DNA from: an uncultured Chloroflexia bacterium
Lineage (GTDB): Bacteria; Chloroflexota; Limnocylindria; Limnocylindrales; CSP1-4
Direction of reading: 5' to 3'
DNA length: 64,000 nucleotides
NCBI GenBank assembly: GCA_963744095.1
Contig: CAVUSH010000003.1
Coordinates: 625,334 to 689,333 of the forward strand
Shown: positions 11,419-21,127 of the stretch, one piece after another
Layout of the letters: every line of letters begins with the position of its first letter
How positions within the stretch are numbered: position 1 is the stretch's first letter
Program-made: the position numbers and the translations under genes
The notes under the pieces: model-generated
Seen by the model: only the letters and a program-made list of their open reading frames with translations
What the model was told of the DNA's origin: nothing
The model's database searches: none

Positions 11419-11845
11419 CGTGCGAGAGGTCGACCTCGAATCCGCGCTCGGCGTCGAGCGACGCGACGACGGCCGCGGCCTCGTCCGTGCTGATCTCCCA
11501 GCGTGACCCGCACCTGCTGCAGTGCAGGTGGCCGTGCACGGACTCGGGCAGGACGTGGTACTCCTCGCCGCCGTCGGGACCGTGGCCATGACGGACGATC
11601 CCGAGCTCCTCGAGGACGTCCAGGGTCCGGTAGACCGTCGAGGGGATCGTCGCCGGATCGCGCTGCCGGCAGCGCTCGACGAGCTCCGCGCCCGTCACGT
11701 GCCCGTGGGTCTCGGAGAGCACCGTGACGAGCGTTCGGCGCTGTGGCGTCCAGCGCAGCCCGCGGTCGCGCAGGCGCTCCCGGACCGACTCCCAGATGCG
11801 CGAATCGTCGCGGCGAACGGGGGCGGGCAATCCGGACCGGCTCAT
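11384..11845 (-). CDS. Fur-family metalloregulator (Nur/Zur-like)
   Basis: GLRWTPQR, STVYRTL, HGHLHCSRC and C-terminal CRSC. Divergent from the ECF metal transporter. Confidence 0.9.
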   Translation of the reverse strand: MSRSGLPAPVRRDDSRIWESVRERLRDRGLRWTPQRRTLVTVLSETHGHVTGAELVERCRQRDPATIPSTVYRTLDVLEELGIVRHGHGPDGGEEYHVLPESVHGHLHCSRCGSRWEISTDEAAAVVASLDAERGFEVDLSHVTIVGRCRSCR

Positions 11846-11881
11846 GGCCCGGAGTATAGGCAGGAAGCGTGCACCGCCGTG

Positions 11882-11923
11882 CTGTTGCAACGTGTTGCAG
11901 CAGAAAGGAGGCGCAACTACAAT
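11882..11923 (+). promoter_or_regulatory. Sigma70-type promoter of the ECF operon with overlapping palindromic operator
   Basis: TTGCAG (11895-11900)-17 bp-TACAAT (11918-11923). Inverted repeat TGCAAC-GT-GTTGCA (11886-11899) overlaps the -35. Confidence 0.7.
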
Positions 11924-11992
11924 CTGTCTGCCGGTCGCCTGGCGGGTGCCGGCAGTCGACCGGGTAGCTGCCACCGTCGCGAGGGGGAGACC

Positions 11993-12707
11993 GTGTTCGC
12001 ATCGATCGCCGGAGCCGCGACCCACGGTGGCGGGCCGGGACCGCTCGGGCTCCACGCCCCGGACGGCTTTCTGAGCCTGCCGATCGCCGCCGCCATGTGG
12101 ATCGTCACGATCGTCGTGATCGCGGTCGCCGTCAGGAAGACGAACGAGACCTTCGACGAGCGCGCGATCCCCCTCATGGGCGTCACCGCGGCATTCATCT
12201 TCGCGGCCCAGATGTTCAACTTCCAGGTCGTCGGCGGGACGTCTGGCCACCTGCTCGGCGGCGTGCTCGCGGCCGTGCTGCTCGGCCCGTGGGCCGGCAC
12301 CCTCGTGATGGTCGCCGTCATCGCCGTGCAGGGCCTCGTCTTCCAGGACGGCGGGCTCGTCGTGATGGGCGCGAACATCTTCAACATGGGGATCGTCGGG
12401 ACGCTGGGCGGCTACGCCATCTACCGGGCCCTCTGCGGCATCCTCGGCGGCGAGGCGCGCGCGCGCGATCCCGGCGGCCGGCATTGCCGCCTGGCTCTCG
12501 GTCGTGGCCGGCTCGACGGCCATGGCGATCGAGCTCGGGCTCTCCGGGACCACCGACATGGCAGTCGCCCTCACCGCGATGGTCGGGATTCACGTGCTCA
12601 TCGGCGTCGGCGAGGCCCTGGTCACGATGGCCGCCCTGGCCTTCGTCCAGGTGACGCGACCCGACCTGTTCGGCCTGCGCGATGCGCGCATCGCGGCCCC
12701 AGCCTGA
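11993..12707 (+). CDS. cbiM: CbiM/NikM ECF substrate-binding component (frameshifted near 12455-12467)
   Basis: HAPDGFL, AQMFNF, GTSGHLLG, QDGG, GIHVLIGVGE. The frame changes inside a (GC)n tract. Confidence 0.85.
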
Positions 12708-12719
12708 AGGGACACGAAG

Positions 12720-13077
12720 ATGACCGAGACCCCCCCGGACACCGGCCCCTTCCGGCGCGCCCGACGTGGCCCCGAAGGGCTTCCTCGTCCGCTACTGGTG
12801 GGTGGTCGGCCTGGCGATCGCCGGCGGGATCGCCGCGCTCGCGGCCGCCTTCGCCTCCGGCGACCCGGACGGCCTTGACTCCGTGGCCATCGAGAAGGGC
12901 TTCGAGGACGCCGGGAAGGATCCCGGCTTCCGGCTCCTGCCGGGCTACACGATCCCGGGGATCGACGGCACTGTATCCACGATCGTCGCCGGGATCGCGG
13001 GCATCGCGATCGTCTTCCTGCTCGTCTTCCTGCTCGGGCGCGTGCTGGCCCGCAGGCGGAAGGACGGGGCGGCCTGA
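12720..13077 (+). CDS. CbiN/NikN-like PDGLE-domain membrane protein (ATG 12720 is one base out of frame; in-frame GTG at 12766)
   Basis: ASGDPDGLDSV (PDGLE variant), LPGY, two TM helices. Confidence 0.8.
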
Positions 13078-13078
13078 C

Positions 13079-13873
13079 CTGAACCTCGATCGCTACCTCG
13101 CCCGCGACAGCGTCGTCCACCGGGTCGACCCCCGGCTCAAGTTCATCCTGACCGTCGGGTTCATCGTCTCGATCAGCCTGCTTCCGGTCGGGTCGTTCGC
13201 GGCTCTCGCCATTGCGTGGCTCGCCCTCGCGGGCCTCTCGACCCTCGCTCGCCTGGGGCCGCTCCGGCTCACCCGGTCGGCGTTCTTCGCCCTGCCGTTC
13301 GTGCTGGCCGCCCTGCCCCTCGTCTTCACCCGGCCGGGCGATCCGCTCGGGACGATCGAGATCGGACCGATCGTCCTCACGATCAGCAGCCAGGGGCTGC
13401 GCGAGTTCGCGACGATCGCCCTCAAGAGCTGGGTCAGCGTGCAGGCGGCCCTCCTGCTCTCGTTCACCACCCCGTTCCCCGACCTCGTGGAGGCCCTCCG
13501 GCGCCTGCGCGTCCCGCGCCTGCTCGTGGCGATCATCGGCTTCATGTACCGCTACCTCGCGGTCCTGTCGGGCGAGGCGAGCCGCCTCAACCGGGCCCGC
13601 CGGAGCCGCTCCGCGGTCGTCGAGGGACGCGGCGGAGGGAGCGTTCGGTGGCGCGCAGGCGTGGTCGGTGGCATGGTCGGCTCGCTCTTCCTGCGCTCCT
13701 ACGAGCGCAGCGAGCGCGTCTACGCGGCCATGCAGGCCCGCGGCTTCGATGGCGAGCTCCGGTCCATGGGGGGCCGGGCGCTGACGGCCACCGACTGGAC
13801 CGCCTTCGTCCTGGTGGGCGCCGCGATCCTGGCCCTGGCCGTGGCCGGCCAGCTGGCGCTCCCCCGACCATGA
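13079..13873 (+). CDS. cbiQ: CbiQ/NikQ ECF transmembrane T component
   Basis: HRVDPRLK, FMYRYL, RSYERSERVYAAMQARGF. Apparent start is CTG at 13079. Confidence 0.88.
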   Translation: MNLDRYLARDSVVHRVDPRLKFILTVGFIVSISLLPVGSFAALAIAWLALAGLSTLARLGPLRLTRSAFFALPFVLAALPLVFTRPGDPLGTIEIGPIVLTISSQGLREFATIALKSWVSVQAALLLSFTTPFPDLVEALRRLRVPRLLVAIIGFMYRYLAVLSGEASRLNRARRSRSAVVEGRGGGSVRWRAGVVGGMVGSLFLRSYERSERVYAAMQARGFDGELRSMGGRALTATDWTAFVLVGAAILALAVAGQLALPRP

Positions 13874-14760
13874 CGACGGGACCCCGGCCCGAGGCGACGC
13901 CGCTCGACGCCCTCCACGCCCACGCGCACGAGCACGCCCACGAGCACGGTGCCGCGGGCCCGGACGGCGGCGCCCACGAGCACCCGCATGCTCCCGGGGC
14001 GCTGCACGGCCGCCCGGTCGAGACGCCGGCGCCCCCCGAGGAGGTCGCCGCCCGCTGGATCGACGTGGAGCATCTCCACTTCGTCTACCCGGACGGCTTC
14101 GAGGCGCTCCGCGGGATCCACCTCCGGATCGCCATCGGCGAGAAGGTGGCGCTGGTGGGCCCGAACGGCGCCGGGAAGAGCACCCTCATGCTCCACCTCA
14201 ACGGCATCAACTCCCCCACCCATGGCTCCGTCCGGATCGGCGGGACGCTCGTCGACCGGAAGAGCGTGAAACGGATCCGCGCCGAGGTCGGTCTCGTCTT
14301 CCAGGATCCCGACGACCAGCTGTTCAGCCCGACGGTCTTCGAGGACGTGGCCTTCGGACCGCTCCACATGGGGGTGCCCGAGGTCGAGATCCACGAGCGG
14401 GTGGAGCGCGCCCTGGCAGCCGTCGGGATGACCGGCTTCGAGCGACGGCTGCCCCATCGCCTGTCCCTCGGGCAGCGGAAGCGCGTGGCCCTCGCCACCG
14501 TCCTCTCGATGGATCCCACCGTCCTGGTCTTCGACGAGCCGTCGGCCGGTCTCGACCCTCGCGGCCGTCGCGAGCTCATCGCGCTCCTGCGCTCCCTCGA
14601 CCAGACGCTCCTCGTCTCGACCCACGACATGCGGCTCGTCGCCGAGGTCTTCCCCCGGACGGTCGTGATGGACAACGGGGAGATCGTCGGGGACGGCCCG
14701 ACCGCCCGGGTGCTGGCCGACGACGCCTTCTTGCAGGCCCACGGCCTCGAGCGGCCCTGA
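13870..14760 (+). CDS. cbiO: CbiO/NikO ECF ATPase with His-rich N-terminus
   Basis: GPNGAGKST, FQDPDDQLF, LSLGQRKR, DEPSAGLD. N-terminal HAHAHEHAHEHG. Confidence 0.92.
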   Translation: MTTGPRPEATPLDALHAHAHEHAHEHGAAGPDGGAHEHPHAPGALHGRPVETPAPPEEVAARWIDVEHLHFVYPDGFEALRGIHLRIAIGEKVALVGPNGAGKSTLMLHLNGINSPTHGSVRIGGTLVDRKSVKRIRAEVGLVFQDPDDQLFSPTVFEDVAFGPLHMGVPEVEIHERVERALAAVGMTGFERRLPHRLSLGQRKRVALATVLSMDPTVLVFDEPSAGLDPRGRRELIALLRSLDQTLLVSTHDMRLVAEVFPRTVVMDNGEIVGDGPTARVLADDAFLQAHGLERP

Positions 14761-14791
14761 GGTTCGGCAGGGCTCGCGCCCCATCCGCGGG

Positions 14792-15749
14792 CTACGGCGC
14801 CGGCGTCGCCGTCGGGAGGGGGATGATCAGCTTCTGGCCGACCCGAATGAGGTTCACGTCCTTGATGTTGTTGGCCTTCCGGATCGCGGCCACGGTCACG
14901 CCGTATTTCACGGCGATCCGGGCCAGCTGATCGCCGGTCTTCACCACGTAGACGACCTGGGTGGGCGCCGGCGTCGCCGCCGGGGTGGCCGTCGCGGCCG
15001 GTGTCGGCGCCGTGCTGGACGTGGCGCTCGGCCCCGCCGTCGGCGACGCCGCGGGCGATGGGCTGACGCCTCCGGCGGGGCTCGGCGACGAGGAGGCGGG
15101 CGAGATGCCGGGACCGGGCAGGAGCACCGGCAGCAGCAGGCCCGCCCCGAATCCCGCGGCCGCCACGATGACGATGGTCGCGGTTCCGACCAGCAGTCCC
15201 CGGAGGCGGGCGGTGCGTCGCGACGAGACCGGCGCGGCGGCCGGTGAGACGACCGGGAGCGCGGTGACGACCGGGCGATCGCGTTCCCGGACCACGGGCT
15301 CGGGTTCGGGTCCCGGCTCGGGTTCGGGTCCCGGCTCGGGTTCGGGTCCCGGCTCGGGTTCGGGTCCCGGCTCGGGTTCGGGTCCCGGCTCGGGTTCGGG
15401 CCGGCTCGGGTTCGGGCTCCGGCTCGGGTTCGGGCTCGGGCAGGTCGTCCGGGGCCGGCGCATCCTCGTCGAGCGGCACCTCCCGGAACCAGCCGGCCGA
15501 GCCACCGGCGACGACGGCGTCCGTCTCCGCTTCGGGACCCGACTCGACGGTAGAACCAGGTGCCGCCTGCGGGTCGACATCCGGGGCTGCCGCCGCGGCG
15601 GCTTCCGCGACGCTGGCCGCGGCTTCCTCCTCGGCCTCGGCCTCGGCCGACGCGGCCTCGGCCGGCGCCAGTGCGTCGGGCGCGCCCTCATGCGGGCGGC
15701 GGTCGTGGCTGGCGCCGTGGGTCGGGCGTCGGATCCGCGGGTCGGGCAT
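14792..15749 (-). CDS. Membrane-anchored LysM protein with Pro/Glu repeats (frameshifted near 15400)
   Basis: Acidic N-terminus, PEPEPG repeats, single TM, Pro/Thr linker, LysM YVVKTGDQL..IA.KYGVT...N.I..GQKLIIP. Confidence 0.82.
15297..15440. repeat. 18-bp tandem repeat (ggctcgggttcgggtccc) encoding PEPEPG
   Basis: 5 perfect copies, one copy lacking 2 bp, two degenerate copies. Confidence 0.9.
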
Positions 15750-15808
15750 CGCGCCGGATTGTACGGGGGCCCCGCGGCACGCGCGCAACGGCGGTGCGCC
15801 GGCGCGCG

Positions 15809-16570
15809 CTACGCGGCCTCGGAGACCTCGAATCGGCCGAGGCGCCAGGCCCCCAGCAGGAATGCGGCGGCGACGACGGCCACCGACAGCGCGAGGGCCA
15901 CGGGCAACGCCACGCTCGCCTGCACGTCGCCACTCCCGGAGGTGCCGGCGAGCGCGAGCATCGTTGCCGTCGCGTATTCCCGGATCGAGAGGATCCGGGT
16001 CCCGGTCAGCAGGGTCGTGACGAGCCCTTCCCAGAGGAGAACGTACCCGAGCCCGACCAGGAGGGCCCGACTCGTGAACACGGAGAGGGCCACGAATACG
16101 ACGACGTAGAGCAGCGAGGCCTGGAGGGCCGCCACCACGGTCCCGACGAGGAGGCCGGGCGCCGCGAACCCCACGAGAAGGATCCCCGAGAGGAGCGTCG
16201 CCGCCACGGCGAGCACGGCCGTTGCGGCGGCCGCCACGAGCATGGCCGCGAGGACCACCGTGCGCCGGGGAACCGGCTTCACCAGGAGGTAGACGATCGT
16301 GCCGTCGTCGATCGCGGTGCCCAGGGCCGCCGTGCCGAAGATCAGGGCCGCGATGGGTATCACCAGGCCCAGCGTGATCGTCGAGAAGACGTCGGAGGCG
16401 AGCGAGGCGGGGTCGCCCAGGCCGCCACCGATCGCGATGATCGCCGCCACGAGGACGGGCGCGGCGGCCAGGAGCACGACGCCGACCGACCGGCGACGCC
16501 CGACCATGCCGGCTGCCGTCAGGCGCACCAGCGGGAGCAGCGCGGCCGGGCGGCCGGGCGAACCGCTCAC
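15809..16570 (-). CDS. ABC-2 type permease
   Basis: Six TM segments, DDGTIVYLLVKPVPR. GTG overlaps the upstream stop. Confidence 0.85.
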   Translation of the reverse strand: MSGSPGRPAALLPLVRLTAAGMVGRRRSVGVVLLAAAPVLVAAIIAIGGGLGDPASLASDVFSTITLGLVIPIAALIFGTAALGTAIDDGTIVYLLVKPVPRRTVVLAAMLVAAAATAVLAVAATLLSGILLVGFAAPGLLVGTVVAALQASLLYVVVFVALSVFTSRALLVGLGYVLLWEGLVTTLLTGTRILSIREYATATMLALAGTSGSGDVQASVALPVALALSVAVVAAAFLLGAWRLGRFEVSEAA

Positions 16571-17484
16571 CCGCGCACCAGGTAGGCGAAGACCGATTCG
16601 AGCGACTCGTCGGCCGGGATCAGCTCGAAGATGGAGATCCGCGCGTCGCGCGCGATCCGGGCGAGGTCCCCGGTGAAGGCGGCGAAGTCGGCGGCCCGAA
16701 CGATGAGTCGGTCGTCCTCGATCGCCACGCCGGCGACGGTCGGCCGGGCCACGATCGCGGCCGCCAGGGCACGGTCGTCGGACGTCCGCAACCGGAACGC
16801 GTGGGGCCGGTCGGTCATGAGGCGGCGGATCTCCCGGAAGTCGCCGGACGCTGCCAGCCGTCCCGCGACAACGACGAGGACGCGCTCGGCGACCCGCTCC
16901 ACCTCCTCCAGGATGTGGGAGGAGAAGAGGATCGTCCGGCCCTCGCCGGCGAGGTCGCGGAGGAGGCCCATCATGTGGAGGCGCTGGCGCGGATCCATCC
17001 CGTTGAAGGGCTCGTCGAGGACGAGGACGCCGGGATCGTGGACGAGGGCCGCGGCCACCTTGGCCCGCTGGCGCATCCCCTTCGAGTACGTGCTGAGCGC
17101 GCGGTCGGCGGCCGGCGCCAGCTCGACCGTCGCGAGGGCGCGGTCGACCGCATCGGCGGCCGCGGGTACGCCCTGCATGTCGGCGTTGAGGCGGACGAAG
17201 GCCCGGCCGGTCAGGAACCCGAAGACGGCCTCGCGCTCGGGGACCAGCCCGACACGCCGGAAGACCTCGGGATCGCCGTAGGTGGCCCGGCCATCGACCG
17301 TGACGCTGCCCGCCGACGGGCGCAGGAGCCCCGCGATCATGTGCAGGAGCGTGGACTTCCCTGCCCCGTTCGGGCCCAGGAGGCCGGTCACGCCGGCGCC
17401 GAGGGAGAACCCGACCCCGTTGACGGCGACGACGTTCCCATACCAGCGGGAGACGTCCGTGAGCTCGACCGCGACGGCGCTCAT
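16567..17484 (-). CDS. ABC transporter ATP-binding protein
   Basis: GPNGAGKST, YSKGMRQR, LDEP, SSH. Confidence 0.93.
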   Translation of the reverse strand: MSAVAVELTDVSRWYGNVVAVNGVGFSLGAGVTGLLGPNGAGKSTLLHMIAGLLRPSAGSVTVDGRATYGDPEVFRRVGLVPEREAVFGFLTGRAFVRLNADMQGVPAAADAVDRALATVELAPAADRALSTYSKGMRQRAKVAAALVHDPGVLVLDEPFNGMDPRQRLHMMGLLRDLAGEGRTILFSSHILEEVERVAERVLVVVAGRLAASGDFREIRRLMTDRPHAFRLRTSDDRALAAAIVARPTVAGVAIEDDRLIVRAADFAAFTGDLARIARDARISIFELIPADESLESVFAYLVRG

Positions 17485-18395
17485 GCCGCGATCCGCCGGT
17501 AGCGCAGGAGCAGGACGATCGGGCAGGCGAGCGAGACGGCGACGGCGGTGCCGGCAAAGAGCTCGACCGGGAGATCCGAGCGGAGGATGGCCGGCATGTT
17601 CGGCTCCACGCCGAAGAGCACGGCGGAGACCGCGTCCATGAGCGCGAAGGGATCGGCGAGCGCCACGAGGGCCAGCGGGCCGTCGAGCCCGACCCGGTTG
17701 ACGAGGACGGTGACGACGCCGCTGAGGACGAGGAACGCGGCGATGGTCGCGCCGGCGGCGAACGCCCGGCGAACGGTGAAGGCACTGGCCACCAGCCCGA
17801 CGCCGGCGAGAAGCGCCGATACGACGACGGTTCGGCCAACCACCGGCCAGATGAGGGGCACGACCTTCGCCAGCCCGTCGGCCAGGCTGGGCGTCGCGAA
17901 CAGCATCCCGAGGAGCAGGATGACCTGGGGCAGGGCGAGGACGAGACCGACCGCCGTCAGCATGGCCAGGTACTTCGCCAGGACGTAGTCCGTCCGTTCG
18001 AGGGCGCGGCTGAAGTAGAGCGTCAGCACGCGGTGACGCTGGTCCCGGACGAGGAGCTCCGGGGCCTGGGCGGCCACGAAGAAGACGAGCAGCGTCTGGG
18101 CGAACGGGAGGTAGCCCTCGATCGTGATCGGGTTGAACTCCGCGGCCGCGCTGCCGCCAAGCGCGCCGAACCCGACGCTCACGAGGGCCGGCAGCACGAT
18201 CAGGCCGCCGATAGCCAGCGGAGCGATCTTGGCCCGGCCACTCCGCCCCAGCCCGAATGCCGCCCGGAGGCTGTGCCCGAAGAGGGCCCGCACGGCGTGG
18301 CGCCGGCCCAAGCGTGGCCCATCGTAGCCACGGTAGCCGAGGTCGTAGATGCTCCCCGTGGCAGAGCCGGACAGGATGTCAGGCGGCGTCGTCAC
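17481..18395 (-). CDS. ABC-2 type permease
   Basis: IYDLGYRGYDGPR N-terminus, APELLVRD..LYFSR, multiple TMs. Confidence 0.85.
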   Translation of the reverse strand: MTTPPDILSGSATGSIYDLGYRGYDGPRLGRRHAVRALFGHSLRAAFGLGRSGRAKIAPLAIGGLIVLPALVSVGFGALGGSAAAEFNPITIEGYLPFAQTLLVFFVAAQAPELLVRDQRHRVLTLYFSRALERTDYVLAKYLAMLTAVGLVLALPQVILLLGMLFATPSLADGLAKVVPLIWPVVGRTVVVSALLAGVGLVASAFTVRRAFAAGATIAAFLVLSGVVTVLVNRVGLDGPLALVALADPFALMDAVSAVLFGVEPNMPAILRSDLPVELFAGTAVAVSLACPIVLLLRYRRIAA

Positions 18396-19320
18396 GGGTG
18401 CCTCCGTCGGCCGCGTCGCGGAAGAGATCCTCGACCCGATGGCGCGTCGGCTCCAGGCGGGTGAGCGCGAGCCCGCGCGCCGCCACGGCGTCGCGGATGA
18501 GATCGAACGGGCGGCCGTCGACGACTTCCACGAGGACGCGGCGTGGGCCGTCGACACGGGCGTCGACCCCGGCCGCCACGAGGTCCGAGGCGACCCCGTC
18601 CGCCCCCTCGTCGAGCTCGACGACGAGCGTCCCGGTCCGGGTCGTGAAGCTGGCAAGCGGGGCGTCCCGAAGGAGGCGGCCGGCGTCGATGGCGACCACG
18701 TGGTCGCAGACCCGCTCGATCTCGCCGAGAAGGTGGGAGCTCACGATGACGGCCATGCCGAACTCGGTGCCGGTCCGGCGGACGAGGTCCAGCATCTCGT
18801 CGCGCCCCGCCGGGTCCAGGCCGTTCGTGGGCTCGTCGAGCAGGAGAAGCCGCGGGTCGTGCACGAGCGCCTGGGCGAGCTTCACCCGCTGTTTCATGCC
18901 CGTGGAGTAGCCGCCGATCGCGCGGTAGCGCTCTTCGAAGAGGCCGACGTGGCGCAGGACCTCCGCGGTCCGCTCGCGCGCCGCGGTCCGCGGCAGGCCC
19001 GACATCTCCGCCAGGTGCGTGACAAGGTCCGTGGCGGAGACGTCGGGCGGCAGGACGTCGTGCTCCGGCATGTAGCCGACGCGCTCGCGGATCCGCGGCC
19101 CGTCGCGCTGCACGTCGAGGTCGAAGACGGCGGCCGATCCAGCGGTCGGCGTGAGAAGCCCCAGGAGGACCCGGAGGAGGGTGCTCTTGCCGGCGCCGTT
19201 CGCGCCCACGAGGCCCACGATGCCGGGTTCGATCGAGACGGTCAGGTCGTCGAGCGCGAGAACGCCGCCCCCGCCGCCGGGGTAGTGGAAGGAGAGCGCG
19301 GCGGTCGTGACGAGAGCCAT
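18379..19320 (-). CDS. ABC transporter ATP-binding protein
   Basis: GANGAGKST, YSTGMKQR, LDEPTNGLD, SSH. Confidence 0.93.
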   Translation of the reverse strand: MALVTTAALSFHYPGGGGGVLALDDLTVSIEPGIVGLVGANGAGKSTLLRVLLGLLTPTAGSAAVFDLDVQRDGPRIRERVGYMPEHDVLPPDVSATDLVTHLAEMSGLPRTAARERTAEVLRHVGLFEERYRAIGGYSTGMKQRVKLAQALVHDPRLLLLDEPTNGLDPAGRDEMLDLVRRTGTEFGMAVIVSSHLLGEIERVCDHVVAIDAGRLLRDAPLASFTTRTGTLVVELDEGADGVASDLVAAGVDARVDGPRRVLVEVVDGRPFDLIRDAVAARGLALTRLEPTRHRVEDLFRDAADGGTRDDAA

Positions 19321-19331
19321 CGCCGTCGAGT

Positions 19332-20768
19332 CTAGCCGGGCGCGGACGTCACGATCGCCTGGCCCAGCGACCAGAGAGTCGTGACCGTGAGCGCCACCAT
19401 GAACAGTGCCAGCGGCACCTGGCGGAGCCGGACGGCGCGGAGCTCTCCCGCCGGGATCTCCCCCGCCTGGCGGCTCGACACGGCGGCCAGGTGCCCGGCC
19501 ACCGCGCCGAGCATGTGGCCGCCGACGACGGCGGCGAGCTGCACGGCCCACACCGCGCCGGGCGCGAGGAACGCGGAGGTCGGCTTGAAGAACGCCGTTC
19601 CGAAGAGGTCCCAGCCCTGCTGGAACGGGTCCGAGACGGCGATCACGATCCGCTGACCATCGACCAGCAGCGACGTCAGGTAGTGGCCGGTGATGTACCC
19701 CGTGGCGATCGGCACGAGCCCTGCGCCCACGGCGGCGAGGCCGGCCGCCCGGTCGATCGGCGGGGACCCGACCAGGCGAGCGACGCCGAGGGCGAGCGCC
19801 GCCGCCGCGCCGAGGAAGAGCGCGAGCGAGATGGTGCCGCCGCCCAGGCCCGGCAACCCGACGAGGTCGAACCACAGCTGCGTCTGCGACAGCCCGTCGT
19901 AGAGGACCGAGGCGACCCCGGTCGCGACCAGCACGACCAGCGGAGCAGTCCAGCCCGCCTCCACGAGGCCGGCTCCGAACGGGCGACGCCGGACGACCCC
20001 TGCCTCGGGCGGCCCGGCGAGGGCAAATGGCGCGATCCGGCCGAGCAGGCCGAACCACGTCGAGAAGACCTCGCCGTTCGCCCGCCACGCGTCGCGCCCG
20101 TACTGGGCCATCCCGAGCAGGGTGACCGCGCCGTACGCCACGGACGCCGCCACGACGGTCCGCCCCCCGCCGCCCCCGCTCACGATGAGCTCGAGCCAGA
20201 CAAAGAACCCGAAACCGGCCACGGCGGGCCAGCGACCGAGGCGCGCCGGGTAGGGAACCGGCGTCCAGCCGCGGACCCCGGCGCGGCGGAGCGCCGCGGC
20301 GCCGGCGTCGTGGATCGTGGAGAACGGGTCGAGCCACGACCAGGCCGGCCCGACGAGGGCCGACACGAGGGCGAGGCCGACCCAGCCGTAGGTCCACAGG
20401 AAGAGCCCCGACACGTCGGCGTCGCTGGATCCCCCGACGATCGCCTGGGCCAGGATCCAGGCGACGGCCACGATGCCGATGACCCGCAGCGCTGCCCGAA
20501 GCCAGCGGGGAACGGCGCGGGGTCGTGGGTCGCCCTTCGGGAAGGCCGGGACGTCGCGCACGAAGACGACCGTGAACGACAGGCCGACCGCCGCAGCGGC
20601 CCCGACGAGATAGACGGGGAGCGGGATCGGGGATTCGAAGACGCCGCTCAACTGGTGCCCGAGCGCGACCGACGGGAGGGCGAGAAGCGCGAGGGCGACG
20701 GCGGCGCCTGCGCCCGCGAGCCGGCCCGCCCGCCGGACGAGGCCGGTCATGACGAGGGCGCCGCCCAC
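19332..20768 (-). CDS. Polytopic membrane protein with signal peptide (resembles a family often labelled fenitrothion hydrolase-like)
   Basis: Signal peptide ending ALG|H, about 11 TMs, LVPIATGY..GHY, SDPF..GWDLFGT motifs. Confidence 0.7.
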   Translation of the reverse strand: MGGALVMTGLVRRAGRLAGAGAAVALALLALPSVALGHQLSGVFESPIPLPVYLVGAAAAVGLSFTVVFVRDVPAFPKGDPRPRAVPRWLRAALRVIGIVAVAWILAQAIVGGSSDADVSGLFLWTYGWVGLALVSALVGPAWSWLDPFSTIHDAGAAALRRAGVRGWTPVPYPARLGRWPAVAGFGFFVWLELIVSGGGGGRTVVAASVAYGAVTLLGMAQYGRDAWRANGEVFSTWFGLLGRIAPFALAGPPEAGVVRRRPFGAGLVEAGWTAPLVVLVATGVASVLYDGLSQTQLWFDLVGLPGLGGGTISLALFLGAAAALALGVARLVGSPPIDRAAGLAAVGAGLVPIATGYITGHYLTSLLVDGQRIVIAVSDPFQQGWDLFGTAFFKPTSAFLAPGAVWAVQLAAVVGGHMLGAVAGHLAAVSSRQAGEIPAGELRAVRLRQVPLALFMVALTVTTLWSLGQAIVTSAPG

Positions 20769-21127
20769 GGTGCGTCGACCATCCGGTGCACCACGTTGAC
20801 CCCGTTCTCCGTGCGGTACGCGACCGCGATCGGCTGGAGGGTCGCCGCGTGCACCGCGAGGTGCGAGGCGGCGAAGGCGGCGCCGTCGACCTCGAGCGGG
20901 CCGATGACGAAGGAGATCGTCTCGCCCTGCTGGGTGCGAAGGGTGAACCCGGTCACCTCTCCGGCGGGGGCGTCCAGGGCGACGACGATTCCGGCCGCCG
21001 ATCTCCCCGGGTCGCCACAGGCGCCGAGCGCGATCGAGGCGACGAGGAGCGACACCACGACGAGCACCTGGCCGGGTCGCACGCGGCGCGCGCGCCCCGC
21101 ATCGGGCGCCGCCCCGGCAACGCTCAT
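20747..21127 (-). CDS. Small putative lipoprotein
   Basis: LGAC lipobox, beta-rich body, HLAVH. Overlaps both neighbours. Confidence 0.65.
   Translation of the reverse strand: MSVAGAAPDAGRARRVRPGQVLVVVSLLVASIALGACGDPGRSAAGIVVALDAPAGEVTGFTLRTQQGETISFVIGPLEVDGAAFAASHLAVHAATLQPIAVAYRTENGVNVVHRMVDAPWAAPSS

Noticed and set aside
11850-11992. Cobalamin or NiCo riboswitch upstream of cbiM
   Set aside because: The leader is only about 65 nt after the promoter and lacks recognisable conserved elements.
11522-13873. Single 783-aa CbiM-CbiQ fusion ORF
   Set aside because: Artefact of the cbiM frameshift. The middle is out-of-frame sequence overlapping the true cbiM end and cbiN.
15297-15440. CRISPR or iteron array
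   Set aside because: 18-bp coding repeat for a PEPEPG linker.
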